Assembly: GCF_006345805.1 (NCBI RefSeq)
Contig: NC_043000.1
Location: 28,520,001-28,584,000, forward strand
Source: Octopus sinensis
Lineage: Eukaryota
Reading direction: 5' to 3'
Length of the DNA: 64,000 nucleotides
In this document: piece after piece, positions 37,326-50,352 of the stretch
How positions within the stretch are numbered: position 1 is the stretch's first letter
Layout of the letters: every line of letters begins with the position of its first letter
The notes under the pieces: model-generated
What the model saw: the letters and a program-made list of their open reading frames with translations, nothing else
What the model was told of the DNA's origin: nothing
The model's database searches: none
Position numbers and translations under genes: made by a program

Positions 37326-38607
37326 AGTGCCTGTCATGTAACGGTGTCGATTTAATATTCCTGCTATGCATTCTAGATGTGAATGGAAATATAACAGAAG
37401 ATTAAGACTGATTCAACATTTATATTGGATGTTTTCAATGTATTTACTAATTAGCGTTCATTGCTAATATTTAATGACTTTTACATACGTATCTTTGCAT
37501 GTATTTTTGTACGAAATTCTCTATTGCTTTTGTTTTCATGGATGCAGACATGATTTAGCTGATTGAAAATATGGGTCATGTTTATTGCGATCACTTGTCT
37601 CTGCCGTACATTGCTTACCACGTCTTCTGAATTGGGCGTCTGTTTTTAGATGTTTTCAAACATCGTTGAAAACCAGCATCAGACGAAACAGCTAGAAATA
37701 TAACGAACGAGCAACATTACCGGAAAATTAAGCAAAAATATTGAAAACAAACATATTCAATATCAACGATAGATAGAAAGAACGAATAAAGAAAATCTTC
37801 TCTCAACAATATACCTAATCATTTAATTCTCATTTACTATCTTTATTGCTATGACAACGTAAATACTCGGATGTGTACTGTTGCAGTATCGGCTTCGCTC
37901 TTGTCTTCAGCATGCCATAAAATCTACTTAGTTGCTAAGGTACGGGATAGCAAATGACTGTGCCAGCATAAGTGCTAAACAATGGTACAACCACCGATAT
38001 AAGACAGATTATTTCGGTTTTTGATTCGCAGAAATATTTCTCATACCAAATATCAGCGTTGTCAAGTTTTCAGACAAGTTTGTTTACAGCGTTTCATAAC
38101 TTTGCCAAACTCACATTGTTTAAATATTAAATATCTCCATGCATAAGGCTTTCTGCGTCTGATTTATGTTCGAACAAATATATAGGCATGCAAATACATA
38201 AAAAGTGTGTGTGTATATTTGTGCTTAGAAGTTGGATACTCCGTCAGTATCTACGATGAACATCTGTTCGTTTCTTTAACTGAACACATACTTATAATTA
38301 ACGGGAAAACAGCCGAGTATTCCACAGACACACGTAGACTTTACTGTATTCTTCTAGGCAACACAAACCTTACACTAATTGCTCAGAAAATCTGAACTGA
38401 GGCGATAGCCCGGAAAAATAAGACAGACCGGAATAGAATCGACTCGAGGACACACAGGGGTTTTCTTCGTCAATCACAAAAAGATAGACTTCGACGGGAT
38501 CAGCAGGGTGTGAGATCGAATAATGTAAGACATTCCATCTTATGCATGTTTGAATCTTTCAATTCGTTCTTTATAGATATATACATACATACATACATAC
38601 ATATATA

Positions 38608-38645
<38 letters not shown>

Positions 38646-38652
38646 TATATAT

Positions 38653-38700
<48 letters not shown>

Positions 38701-38703
<3 letters not shown>

Positions 38704-38860
38704 GAGTGGCTGTGTGATAAGAAGCTTGCTTCCCAATCACATGGTTCCGGGTTCTATCCCACTGTGAGGCACCTTGGATAAGTGTCTTCTTGTATAGCAT
38801 CGGGCCGACCAGAGCTTTATGAGTGGATTTGGTAGACGGAAATTGAAAGAAGCCCGTCAT
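38701..38860 (+). mobile_element. SINE family C, 5' half
   Basis: CAGGAGTGGCTGTGTG...GAAAGAAGCCCGTC. Confidence 0.82.
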
Positions 38861-38870
38861 ATATAGATAT

Positions 38871-39273
38871 TCTTTTATTCTTCTATTTGTTTCAGTCACT
38901 TGACTGCGGCTATGCTGAAGCACCGCCTTTAGTCGAACAATTCGATCCCGGGACTTATTCTTTGTAAGCCAAGTACTTATTCTATGAGTCTCTTTTGCAA
39001 AACCGCTAGGTTATGGGGGCGTAAACATACTAACATCGGTTGTCAAGCGATAGAGGGGGAACAAACACAGACACACAAACATATACATACATATATATAT
39101 ACATTTTTACGACAGGCTTCTTTCAGTTTCCGCCAACCAAATCCACTGACAAGGCTTTGGTCGGCCAGAAGCTATAGTAGAGTACACCTGGCCAAGCTGC
39201 CACGCAGTTTGACTGAACCTGGAACCATCTTGATCATAAGCAACCTACTTGCCACGCAGCCACTCCTACGCCT
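38871..39273 (-). mobile_element. SINE family C, full length
   Basis: Family consensus. Confidence 0.82.
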
Positions 39274-39454
39274 ATATATATATGTATATATGAGTGTGTT
39301 GTTTGTGTGTACGCGCGCGCGTGCGCGTGTGAGTATATATGTCGTCGTCGTCAAGTATGAAATTTGTAGTAGGGTATATGGTAAATTTTGAAAGCTGCTC
39401 ATTTTGCGCTTTATAAATTATTTATAAATCGTTTTCTGCTATTTTTGTTTAGAG

Positions 39455-39885
39455 ATGGATAAGTGGGAAATTCGTGCAGTTTTGAAATATGTCTTCTTGG
39501 AAAGACAGCATCACAGACAGCTCGGAACATTAATGCAGTATTTCATTCTAATTTTATTACCCAACACACTATCAAATCGGTTTGCAAAATTTCGTTCTGG
39601 TAACTTTGACCTCACAAAATAGCAATGCGGACGACAAGAAAGAATGTTAATGACGAACTGAAAACAACCGTCGAGTCAGGGCCATCTCAAAGAGCCTGTG
39701 AATTTTCGTTGTTGTTTGGTATTAGCAAGCAAACAATATTGACTCACCTAGTTCAACTCGGAAAATGGAAAAAGGTGGGTAAATATATTGCACATGAACT
39801 CAATGAAAATCAGAAACTGCAGCGTTTGGAAGCTTGCATTATGCTACTTTCTCGTCACAAAAAGAATCATTTTTGAATCGAATAT
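39455..39885 (+). pseudogene. Mariner transposase N-terminal relic
   Basis: MDKWEIRAVLKY...FRSGNFDL...NDELKTTVE...GISKQTILTHLVQLGK.KKVGKYIAHELNENQK..R...C..LL; matches the mariner HTH regions and WVPHEL motif, with frameshifts. Confidence 0.8.
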
Positions 39886-40748
39886 ATATATACATATATT
39901 CATATATAAGGCGACGTGGACGCAGAATCTTTACCGAGCCTCGCAAAATGTTTAGCGGCATTTCGTCCTTCTATACGTTCTGAGTTCAAATTCCACCAAG
40001 TTCGGTAAAATAAACACCGGCCGAGCACAGAATTATTGTTGGATTTGTACCAAAATTTGAAACAAGTACATAGGTATGACTGTACAAATAAGAGAGAGAG
40101 ATAAACAGAGACAGATACATAGATAAATAGACAGGTACACATGTAGAAAGACAGATAGACAGAGTGAGAGAAAGAAAGAGAAAGGGAGAGGGAAAGAGAA
40201 AGAGAGGGTGAGAGAATAATAGGTGTTTGTATATACGTGCCTGAGAGTGTATTCGTGCAAGAAATTCGTGAAGAAAGTAAAGGAGCGGTGTTTTCTTTCT
40301 AGTTAAATCTAAACAGCTTTGATCAATAACCTTTGATCAATGACTTACCTGATAGCAAACTAACGAAGAAAGAAAGAATGAAAACTGATGTGGAAGAAAT
40401 ATCTCGTTCATCCTAATTAATGTCTTTATAACTTGCCCCAGCTTGACCACAGTCCAATAAGCGAAACAATTAAAAGATAATTTGCTCAACCTTTCAATTT
40501 CTGGTTCGTATCTTGCAGTCTTCATTACCCCTGTTTGTATTTTCTTTGGAAATTAAGAAATTATGATGCTTCTTACTATATCTTACAATTCAATTTCGAC
40601 GATATCGTTTTGCCGCCATATTTATAAAGATAGCGATTGAAACAGGCGTTTATGTTAGAGACTTCGTAAACTACTCATCACTGACCCACGTCTATTTTCT
40701 TTGCTTTGTATCGTTCGCAGCAGTAAAGTAACGTCAAGTATCACTCTA

Positions 40749-41477
40749 CAGGGTGATTGAAAAGTAACTCCCTATTTTAAAATACTTATAATTTATTTAT
40801 TAATTATAATTTTTAGAAAAAACGAATATGTAAAGAAAGAGTATAGCATGGAATTTTATTTAAAATTTGATATAGGCATCAGCATTCACCACCAGCTTCT
40901 GAAGCCGCTTGGGAACCACATTAACTGATTTCATCAGGAAGTTTTGTGTAATGAAAGACATAACTTCTTGTATTCACCCTTCAAGTTCTTCCAAAGTCAT
41001 TGGTTTGGTAGAGAGGATTTCCTCCTGTAACCAACCCCAAAGAAAACAGTCGCAGGGTATTAGATCAGGGCTTCTGGCCAGCCAGTCATGCGGACCTTGA
41101 TGAATTGGAAGGACGGCCACTTCAAGTATCAGCTACAAATCCTGTAATGAAGAATGTTGCATGACAATTCTTGATTATCTTTCCATCAACTTGAGCATGT
41201 CTTCCTCTAATGATCCTCCACCATCTTTGCACTTGAACAACTAATCACCAAACTTCGTAATGTGCAGCTAGCTGGGCACGCTCCTGCACAGTAAAACATC
41301 CAGCCATGTTTGTTGGGCTTCTAAATTTCAAATAACATAATCAAACTGAAAAAAAAACAACATGGAATCAATTCCCATACATTAAAGAACATACACAACA
41401 AATTTGAGAAAAAAATTTATAGTTAATAAATAAATTATAAGCATTTTAAAATAGGGAGTTACTTTCCAATCACCCTG
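40749..41477 (-). mobile_element. Internally deleted Tc1/mariner-superfamily element (rosa/DD41D-like), 729 bp
   Basis: TA TSD; ~52-bp TIR CAGGGTGATTG.AAAGTAACTCCCTATTTTAAAAT.CTTATAATTTATTTATT; minus-strand MAGCFTVQERAQLAAHYEVW... fused to WLARSPDLIPCDCFLWGWL (WPxRSPDLxPxDxFLWG motif). Confidence 0.85.
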
Positions 41478-42269
41478 TAGTACTGGGGTTGATATAAGCG
41501 ACTTGTTTTGTCCTCTTAAAATAATAACTAGCCTTAAGCACTGCAGCGGACCAGCGTCCCGTTCAGGAAGGTAACTTGGGGATCTTCGTTCTGTATACGC
41601 CAGGAAAAGCGTATAGCCGGCTTTAAGAGTCTTAATATATAACTATATGTTAGCGCTTCTACTCTCGCATTCGTCTTTGCAACGTCATCCGTGTTCTGTT
41701 GAATTCTATCATCATATGTTATATGACTGTTGTTCATACATTGTATATGGAATTCTTGTCTTCAATTTGTGAAGTTACCACTTACTATATTACATATGTC
41801 ATCTGTGTATTCTTCACACAAAGCACATTTTGTGTTTGCCATGTGCAAACTTGTCGATTAACACATCTATCATCAGTTTATTTTTTTATATATATTTTGT
41901 ACTATGTAGATGCTACCAACGTCCTTGATATTAATGTTATTATATGACTCTCTTTAAAATTATTAGCTGTCAAATCAATGTTATCTATTTTATGCTTCGT
42001 TGTAAAATTCACTAAGATGTGTTTGAAATCATATTTTGTTGCACAATTGCCACCATGATGTAATACTGGTTTATATACTGTCCCTTCACATTTCAGACAT
42101 GTTGCCTTCTTTATGAGAAAAACAATAGTTTTGCTACATTTGTGTGAATGTGTAATTGCGTAAGAGTATGTTGAAACTGAAATAGTGAACAGTAAAAATA
42201 AGTAGTTTCGAGCCCAGTTACTCATAGGTTGATTACTCTGGTTTCTTTGGCGTATAAATCACCGCTACC

Positions 42270-42480
42270 ACACAACATTCAACCGAGCGAGGCGCCTGTC
42301 TGTTGCAGGGTTCTTCATTTATATTTGAGTGAACAAGAATAACGTGAAATAAAGTACTTTGGTCAAAAACAAAACGCAATGTTCGGTCTGGGAATCGAAA
42401 CCATGACCACACTTTCGTGAGTGCAACGCCCCTAATAACTAGGCCTAATCATTAGACCTTAATCACTAGGCCCGCGCCTT
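42270..42480 (-). mobile_element. SINE family B, degenerate
   Basis: CAACGTGAAATAAAGT..TT.GTCAA...GGGAATCGAAACC...GCCCTAA..ACTAGGCC. Confidence 0.6.
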
Positions 42481-42844
42481 CCACGAGAAGAATGAGTTGC
42501 TGTAATATTATTTGTTGTTGTTGTAAAACTCATACAACAAAACTTTGTGAATTATTAACTCCTCTTAGAGTTTCTATTAACTCCACGTGAATTGGTTTAT
42601 CCTCGTCAAGTTTATTCATTCCTCGTGAGTTCTTTAAATCCTCGTCGCCACTGTTATAATCCTTAGACTGTTAGATTGTTATAACGCCCGCTTCGGTACA
42701 GATTATACTTAGTAATACTAATAAGGACACGATTATCTCTGACCACCTACTACGTACTCTGGTACTTCTCTTCACTCATAGTGACTAGGTTATTCCATTC
42801 CTCACGTGGGAGGTGTGTACTATTATTGCTAATTCCGTAATTTA

Positions 42845-43662
42845 ACAATAAATTGCTTACAAACTACAGAATTTTTTCAAGAAAGCCAAGGGAAAAAGAT
42901 GTTTTATGTAACACATTCTACCAGTATACGAGGTTTAGCAGTGTTTAGTTACAAAGAAATTATTTTAGAAATCTGCCGGTCAAAGAGAAAAGATCCCAGT
43001 TTTGCGCTTGAGCTTCTCGAGAGCAATAAAATAAAGTACCTGGGATCTTTTCGGTTTGAACGGCAGTTTTTTCTAGCGGTGTCATATGAAATTGTCACCC
43101 ATAATTATGACCCTAGTATCGATCTATTGCATTTCAATCTATTTTAGGGTTAGGGTTAGGGGTGGGGGGAAGGGTATCTTTTTTTCTTCACAAATGTAAA
43201 TAAACCAAATCTGTTTCTTAAACGAGGGACATATTCATGCGGCACAGAATGTTTTTTACCTCAATACACATCATTGATTGGTTGAAATTGAAGAAATTGA
43301 AGAAAAAAAAACAAATATCTTACAAACTATAAAATTTTCTCAATAAAACCAAGAGAAAAAGATGTTTTATAAACACATTCTTCCAGTATACGAAGTTTAA
43401 AATTTTTTTAGTTACCTAGAAATTATGTTAAAAACTGCCGTTCAAACCGAAAAGATCCAGTACCTGTCATGTAACGATGTCGATTTAATATTCCTGCTAT
43501 GAATTCTAGATGTGAATGGAAATATAACAGAAGATTAAGAATGATTCAACATTTATATTGGATGTTTTCAATGTATTTACTAATTAGCGTTCATTGTTAA
43601 TATTTAATGACTTTTACATACGTATCTTTGCTGGTATTTTTGTACGAAATTCTCTATTGCTT
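42845..43662 (+). repeat. Near-identical direct copy of 36697-37529
   Basis: Shares half of the short MITE, the unique spacer GCGCTTGAGCTTCTCGAGAGC, the long MITE and about 200 bp of unique flank. Confidence 0.92.
43043..43458. mobile_element. GGATC-terminal MITE (long form), perfect 8-bp TSD
   Basis: AGTACCTG at 43035-43042 and 43459-43466. Confidence 0.9.
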
Positions 43663-44959
43663 ATACCTTATTTTATCGATGACCTAAGAATGACAGACAA
43701 TATTGATCTTCAGAGGTAATGGACTCAGAACTTTAAGAATCAGAACACTTACGACAAGATATTTTGTTCGACACTCTAATTAATCAATAACTTTTTTTTC
43801 TGACATAGTCGCAAATAAAATAAAATATCTGCTAATTCTTCTCTCACCCAGGTGGAATTTGAACGTAGAACGTGCAGAAAGACGAAATGCCGCAAAGCAT
43901 TTTGTCCGGCGTGTTAACGATTTCGCCAGCTCGTTGCCCTTTACTTTTCAAATAATTTCTCTCTGTTATAGGAACAAGGCCTGAAATTCTGGAGACAATT
44001 ACATCGATCCCAGTTCTCAACTTGGGTTCGATGTAATTTTATCGACTGCGAAGGGATGAAAGGCAAAGTCGACTTCGGTGGCATCTCATTCCTAATAATA
44101 ACGTCCATTTATTGCTTAACGGCAGTCAATGAATGCAAAAACATTGAATTATTACATATATGACTTTTCATGAGAACGAATCTTAGAACTGACTCAAAAT
44201 GTGAAAAGGAAAAAGGCTTGGCTTCAATTATTCCTTATAAAACATTGTAAGTATTTCTATGATAGTCAACAATTTAGTTATTTGCGATATTTATTTGTTG
44301 GTTTCTTGCTAGTTGTAGGCGTTCTGCTACAAGGCCCCTCTCGTTACTGAAGTGACACGAATAAATAGTTTAAGTGAATCAAAGAAAGACAAAACAAAGC
44401 AGTTTTAATAAAGTTAGAATATAATAATAAAATAATAGAATCTGAAAACCGTATGGAGAGATCTCTTCACAATTAATGGTGGAAATGAATAAAAGAAGAT
44501 GGGCGAGAGAAAGAAACAAACAGTAGAATTGCTGGCGGGTAACAAATAAAGGGAAAATGAAGTAGGAGGAGAAAAAGCGGAATACAAAAGAGAAAAGCTA
44601 ATGGAGACACACTAGAATGAGAAAAACAAATTTTTAGAGAAACAAATCGATTTGTGGGAGAGGCAAGATACGGGAGGAAACGGTGAACGATACTTGAAGT
44701 AATTGGTTCATTTAATAGGCCTTACGTCAGATATAATCCGTCTGGGTCATTTGACTGACCCGACAGAGAAATAAATTATTAGTCTTCCGTTTATTTTCTC
44801 CCCCTGTTGCTTTCATTGCTCTGTATTGCATAAAGATTGTATGTTATTTGTTACCAGTGTTTTATAGATAATTAAACTCCCAGAGAGTCAGACCCCACCT
44901 CACAACTCGGTTTCCACCTACAGCTGACGTCGTTTTACTCTGTATAGAAATTCTTTTCC

Positions 44960-45190
44960 ATACATACATACATACATACATACATACATACATACATACA
45001 TACATACATACATACATACACATATGCATATATACATATATACATATATACATACGTACATACATACATATATATACATACATACATATATACATATATA
45101 CATACATATATACATACGTACATACATACGTACATACATACATATATACATACATACATATACACATACATACATACATACATACATACA

Positions 45191-45226
<36 letters not shown>

Positions 45227-45232
45227 TATACG
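44960..45232. repeat. (TACA)n microsatellite
   Basis: Direct reading. Confidence 0.95.
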
Positions 45233-45357
45233 TATAAGAGGAAATGGACAGATGAAAGAGGCTCTCATCACATTTTGTAGGAGTTACATTTATTTTTGTA
45301 ATAACAGTTTGACCCAGGTCCACATGATTTGAAAGAACTCTATACAACGCTACTCAC

Positions 45358-45395
45358 TAGAGATCCGCGTAGAATTTCATCATCCAGTCTACTTC
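45358..45395 (-). CDS. Candidate 38-nt exon on the minus strand
   Basis: Minus: CATAATTTTACAG|GAAGTAGACTGGATGATGAAATTCTACGCGGATCTCTA|GTGAGT; open as EVDWMMKFYADL or SRLDDEILRGSL. Confidence 0.3.
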
Positions 45396-45805
45396 CTGTA
45401 AAATTATGTGTGTATTACTCTACTGCTGAAATTAGAACTATACCAGCTATGTTCGAAAAAAATATTGTAAATACAAGATTCATATTATATCACTCGATCC
45501 CTTTCGTAGATTTCACCATTGTTGTTATTCGCATACTCTGCAGTGGATATTCAAAATCCAGGGTAACACAAACCACAACTGGTTTTCAAGGGTATAATTT
45601 ATTGCATTGTTTACACAGATCTAAACCATTTGATCTGTGTAATATAAGGCAACAAAATGTTTTCTCGAAGATCTGTTGTAGTTCAACAGCCAGTTGTCCT
45701 TGAAGCAACTAATGCAACGATTACAAATAAGCACAAAGGTAAAACTTACATAGGTTACAAATGATATAAACTGCATTTTGTATTTAACATACTTTTCCCA
45801 ATATA

Positions 45806-47076
45806 TCAGGTCATCCCATAAGTTCTGTCTTAATTTTGAATAAAGAAAACAAGTGATCAAATGTTATATTTAATTGAAATGTAATCATCAACGTACTTTC
45901 CCTGATTATTTATGACTTCCTTCCATCTATTTACAAGCTTTTTAATCCCATCAATGTAAAACTCTTTTGGTTTCAAAGCGAAGAACTCTGAAATGTCAAT
46001 TTCGACCACCTCCTGGATTGCAAAAGTTATGTTCCCCAAATGATTCTGTAAACTACGAAACAAGTCGTAGTCTGAAGGAGCAAGGTCGGGAGGATAAGGT
46101 GGATGAGGTATTTTTTCCCAGCCAAGCTCTTCGATCTTCTGTAATGTGATCTTTGCAGTGTCCTGATGAAACATCACGCCTTTTCGATTCACTAAAGCGG
46201 GTATTTTTTCCTTCAAAGTATGGTTCAAACGCTCTAATTGCTGACAGTAGACTTAAGCATTGAATGTTGCGTTAGATGGTTACAATTCAAAGTGAATTAT
46301 TCCTTTTCAATCCCACCAGATAGAGAGAAGAACCTTTTTACATGAAGTTCCCTTCTCGGTTGTGGTTGAGTTTTTTTCCCCTTTTACCAAGCCACTGTTT
46401 ACAACGTTTAACATTTCGATAGAAAATCCATTTTTCGTCAACAGTCACAAGTCTATCCAAAAAGGGTAAAATGAGTTTAGGAGAATGAAGAGAAGAGCAG
46501 ATGTCAACTCGGGATTTGCCGTTGCTTTCTGACAATTCATGAGGCACCCATTTTCCAAGTTTAGGAATAATTTCAAGTTGCTGAAGATGACGATGAACAG
46601 TTCTACGGTTTCAACTAAACTTTATTGACAATTCTTCAACTGATAATGCGGGATTTTCTTCAAGTAGTTCCACAAGGAGCTTATCATCAACCTCAACAGG
46701 ACATCCTGTTTGATCTTCATCATCAAGGCTGAAATCTCCACTTCTGAATTTTGCAAACCATCTTCTGCAAGTTCTTTCATTCAAACATTCTTTCCCATAA
46801 AGTGAGTATGTTTCGAGTCGCTTCGGCTGCAGAGTTTCCTTTTTTGTACTCATAAAGTATTGTGTGCCTTAAATGCTCTTTGGAGACTTCCATGTCAGAA
46901 ATGGTTTTAATGAACGAAATTTTAAATCTATTATTCTGTAAAATAATATTTAATTAGTTTAAGTGTACACAAATGCATAAAGATAATTTTTAATTCCATT
47001 AGGCATTCTAAAATCTATTAAATTTCATTCAATTTTAAGAAAAGTAAAATCGGACAGAACTTATGGGATGACCTGA
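45806..47076 (-). mobile_element. Full-length decayed mariner (DD34D) transposon, 1271 bp
   Basis: TA TSD; TIR TCAGGTCATCCCATAAGTTCTGTC at both ends. Confidence 0.95.
45857..46893 (-). pseudogene. Mariner transposase pseudogene
   Basis: MEVSKEHLRHTILYEYKKG...RRWFAKFRSGDFSL...WVPHEL...VTVDEKW...FHQDTA...HPPYPPDLAPSDYDLF; several frameshifts and stops. Confidence 0.93.
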
Positions 47077-47100
47077 TAGATATATAAATACATACATCCA

Positions 47101-47319
47101 TTTTCTTTTCTACTCTAGGCACAAGGCCCGAAATTTTGGGGTAGGGAGCCAGTCAATTAGATCGACCCCAGTATGCAACTTATACTTAATTTATCGATCC
47201 CGAAAGGGTGAAAGGCAACGTCGACCTCGGCGGAATTTGAGCTCAGAATATAGCGGCAGACGAAATACCGCTAGGCATTTCGCACGGCGTCCTCACGTTT
47301 CTGGCAGCTCGCCGCCTTC
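47101..47319 (-). mobile_element. SINE family A (tail 2), full length
   Basis: Family consensus. Confidence 0.85.
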
Positions 47320-47770
47320 ATTCATATTGATAAATGTGTACTTATAAATTTGTGTGTGTGTGAGCGCGTGTGTACGAGTGTGTGTGTGTGTGTGTGTGCA
47401 TATATACGTGAATACATAAGATGTAGAATAGAAGACTAAACATAGGCTAAGAGGAAGCCTTAACCATGCTACCATACATGCGCTTTATTCAAACATCGAA
47501 ATAGAGCGCATATTTAGGAATTGGAAACAGAAAATGATTTTTTTAAACACCGTAAGAATAAATAAGATGAATATCTGTACTGTAACATACACCACTACCA
47601 TCACTACATTTCTAATAATACGAAATGCCAAGATCAAGGGGACCAGAAGATATATGACAAAATATCAAAGCTTGCATGGAATGGAAAGGAAGTTAAGGGA
47701 TACGAAATTGCAGCGTATCGGTGTACGGAGCGAAAGTATCTACATGCTCTTTCACTCTGTTTCTCCCTTC

Positions 47771-47806
<36 letters not shown>

Positions 47807-48076
47807 AAACACTCTATCTCTCTCCTAATCACTAGACACATACACATGTATAGTGAAAGACATATATATATATATAATATATATATATATATACACATAT
47901 ATATATTCACATACAAACACTTATACATACATATATATATATGTGTGTGTGTGTGTGTGCGTATGTGTGTGTGCATAAAAATATATATATACATAAATAC
48001 ACTTACACATATACATACGTGTGTGTATATATATATATATAATATATATATATATATACACATACATATATGTTTC

Positions 48077-48134
<58 letters not shown>

Positions 48135-48867
48135 CGTTTATATATATATATATATAGATGTGTAAGAGAAATTACGAGGGTGATTTGAAGTTACAAGAAA
48201 TATATTCTTTCCATTTCTGTTGTTTTGTTTCGCCAACATTTAATCACATCACACACACTCACACACACAAACACACAAAAGCAAACACACACAAACAAAC
48301 ACATCCACACCTACCCCCACACAAGGAGCCATTTAAAACTATTCTTGTTACAATGTAATTTTTTTCTCTTCCATTCAGATTAAACATCAAAGTATAATTT
48401 TATTAATTATTGTCCACGGTTCAACACTTTGTAAATTATATTTTATATACCGCTAAAATAAGTGGCTTTTAAACAGTTGCAATTCTTGAAAGACATCAAT
48501 ATGTATATTTTATAGAGATTTTGTATATTCTTTTCCTATTTAAATTATAACGTTTAATGATCAAAGATGCAAAGATAAGATTTTTCTAAAAACAATACAT
48601 CAAAATATGAAGGCAAGTATAAACGAAAATGTTTTCATTATGGTAAAAAAATAAGAGGCTTTCGCAATCATTTTCACCTGTGTGGTATTATGCTTCAGCG
48701 GTTTTATTAGTAATTTTGCAATTTTGCCATCGTTAATCCCAGACGTGTTAGGTTATGTCAGTTAAATGCCTATGTAATTATCATCTCGAATTTATATATG
48801 TAATTTATATTCTCTCAAATACATACACACACTTACGTACATATACATGCATGTAATTTACATATAG

Positions 48868-48960
<93 letters not shown>

Positions 48961-48975
48961 GATAGATAGATAGAT
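48868..48975. repeat. (GATA)n microsatellite
   Basis: Direct reading. Confidence 0.95.
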
Positions 48976-49444
48976 ATGTTTGTAAGACCCCTGTGCAGTC
49001 ATAAGATCTAGGTATCCACCTCACACTGCACAACCTTAGGCATTATTTGTATAATGTTTGCCCAATAGATCCATGTGATGAAGTCTATATTTCGATCGAT
49101 CTTACAGCGCATCTCCTGAGACAAGTTTCCTGTCCCATATACTTCATTCGGTTTCTTTTACCTGTTCATGAACAACACGCTCGATATTTCCTCTGGTTTA
49201 CCAACGACTTTTAGCCATTCGATCAATTTTAGCAACCCATCTTTTGCAAATAAATGGACCAGGTCTGCAATCAAAGAGTAATTCAATATATTGATGCGAT
49301 ATGTATCACATAACCATTAGTTCTGGTGTGTTGCCTCTTTAATTCTCTTCGGTCTCGGGATGCATGTCGGAGATCATAGTCATTACTTTCCAATAAGATA
49401 TATAATATTTATAATTGATGAAAAGCTGCAGACGTGCGTATATA

Positions 49445-49486
<42 letters not shown>

Positions 49487-49491
49487 TATAA

Positions 49492-49700
49492 TCCATTCTA
49501 AAGGCACAAGGCATGAAATTCGGGGGAAGAGGACTAGTCGATTATCGAACCCCAGTGTTCCACTGGTACTTAATTTATCTACCCGAAGGATGAAAGATAA
49601 AGTCCACCTCTTTGAAATTTGAACTCAGAATGCAGCGACGGGCGAAATATGCCAAGCATTTCTTCCAGCGTGCTAACGATTCTATCTCCTAGCCGCCTTT
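49492..49700 (-). mobile_element. SINE family A (tail 2), degenerate
   Basis: GGCACAAGGC.TGAAATT...GGTACTTAATTTATC...TTTGAACTCAGAA...GCCGCCTT. Confidence 0.75.
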
Positions 49701-49753
49701 ATATACATATATACATGTATGTATGTATGTATGTATGTATGTATGTATGTATG

Positions 49754-49799
<46 letters not shown>

Positions 49800-49806
49800 G
49801 TATGTG

Positions 49807-49838
<32 letters not shown>

Positions 49839-49844
49839 CGTATG

Positions 49845-49894
<50 letters not shown>

Positions 49895-50040
49895 TTATGA
49901 GAGGTAATGGTGTCAAGAGGATCCAAAGGTGTCAGGCAATGCTGGGTAAGTGTTTTGGACGGACAGTAGTTAAGCTCCAGGTTCGGTGATTATGCGAATG
50001 AGGAGTCCATCGTAGGTCATATATTAGCATGCATATATAT

Positions 50041-50352
50041 ATATAATTAACAGAATAAGATAAAAATCCGAAGCTGTGTAAGATTTCAGAACATTTATAA
50101 AGAGAAGGTATTACAGCTGTTTCCCGGATATTTCATATATCCTTTCATCGATCGGAGACGGTACGAGAAAATGGTTAAGCAATAGTTACCTTCTTTAGAA
50201 TAACTATTGCTCTATTGCTTAACCATTTTCTCACACCGTCTCCGATGAAGGGATATATAAAATATCCCGGAAACAGCTGTAAGACCTTCTATTTATAAAT
50301 GTTCTGAAACCTTTCACTGCTTTGGATTTTTATCTCATTCTGTTAATTATAT
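50041..50352. repeat. ~310-bp palindrome of Penelope-like terminal repeat sequence
   Basis: ATATAATTAACAGAAT.AGATAAAAATCC...GGTTAAGCAATAG pairs with CTATTGCTTAACC...GGATTTTTATCTCATTCTGTTAATTATAT; 12-nt central loop. Confidence 0.88.
50238..50285 (+). ncRNA. Minimal type-I hammerhead ribozyme motif (U4C core variant)
   Basis: Stem I GTCT/AGAC, core CCGATGA, stem II GGGATAT/ATATCCC, GAAAC, palindromic loop AGCT, cleavage triplet GUA; inverted degenerate twin at 50108-50159. Confidence 0.62.

Noticed and set aside
42515-42846. Solo LTR (TGT...ACA)
   Set aside because: No matching TSD and the left boundary is ambiguous; mentioned only as context for the duplication.
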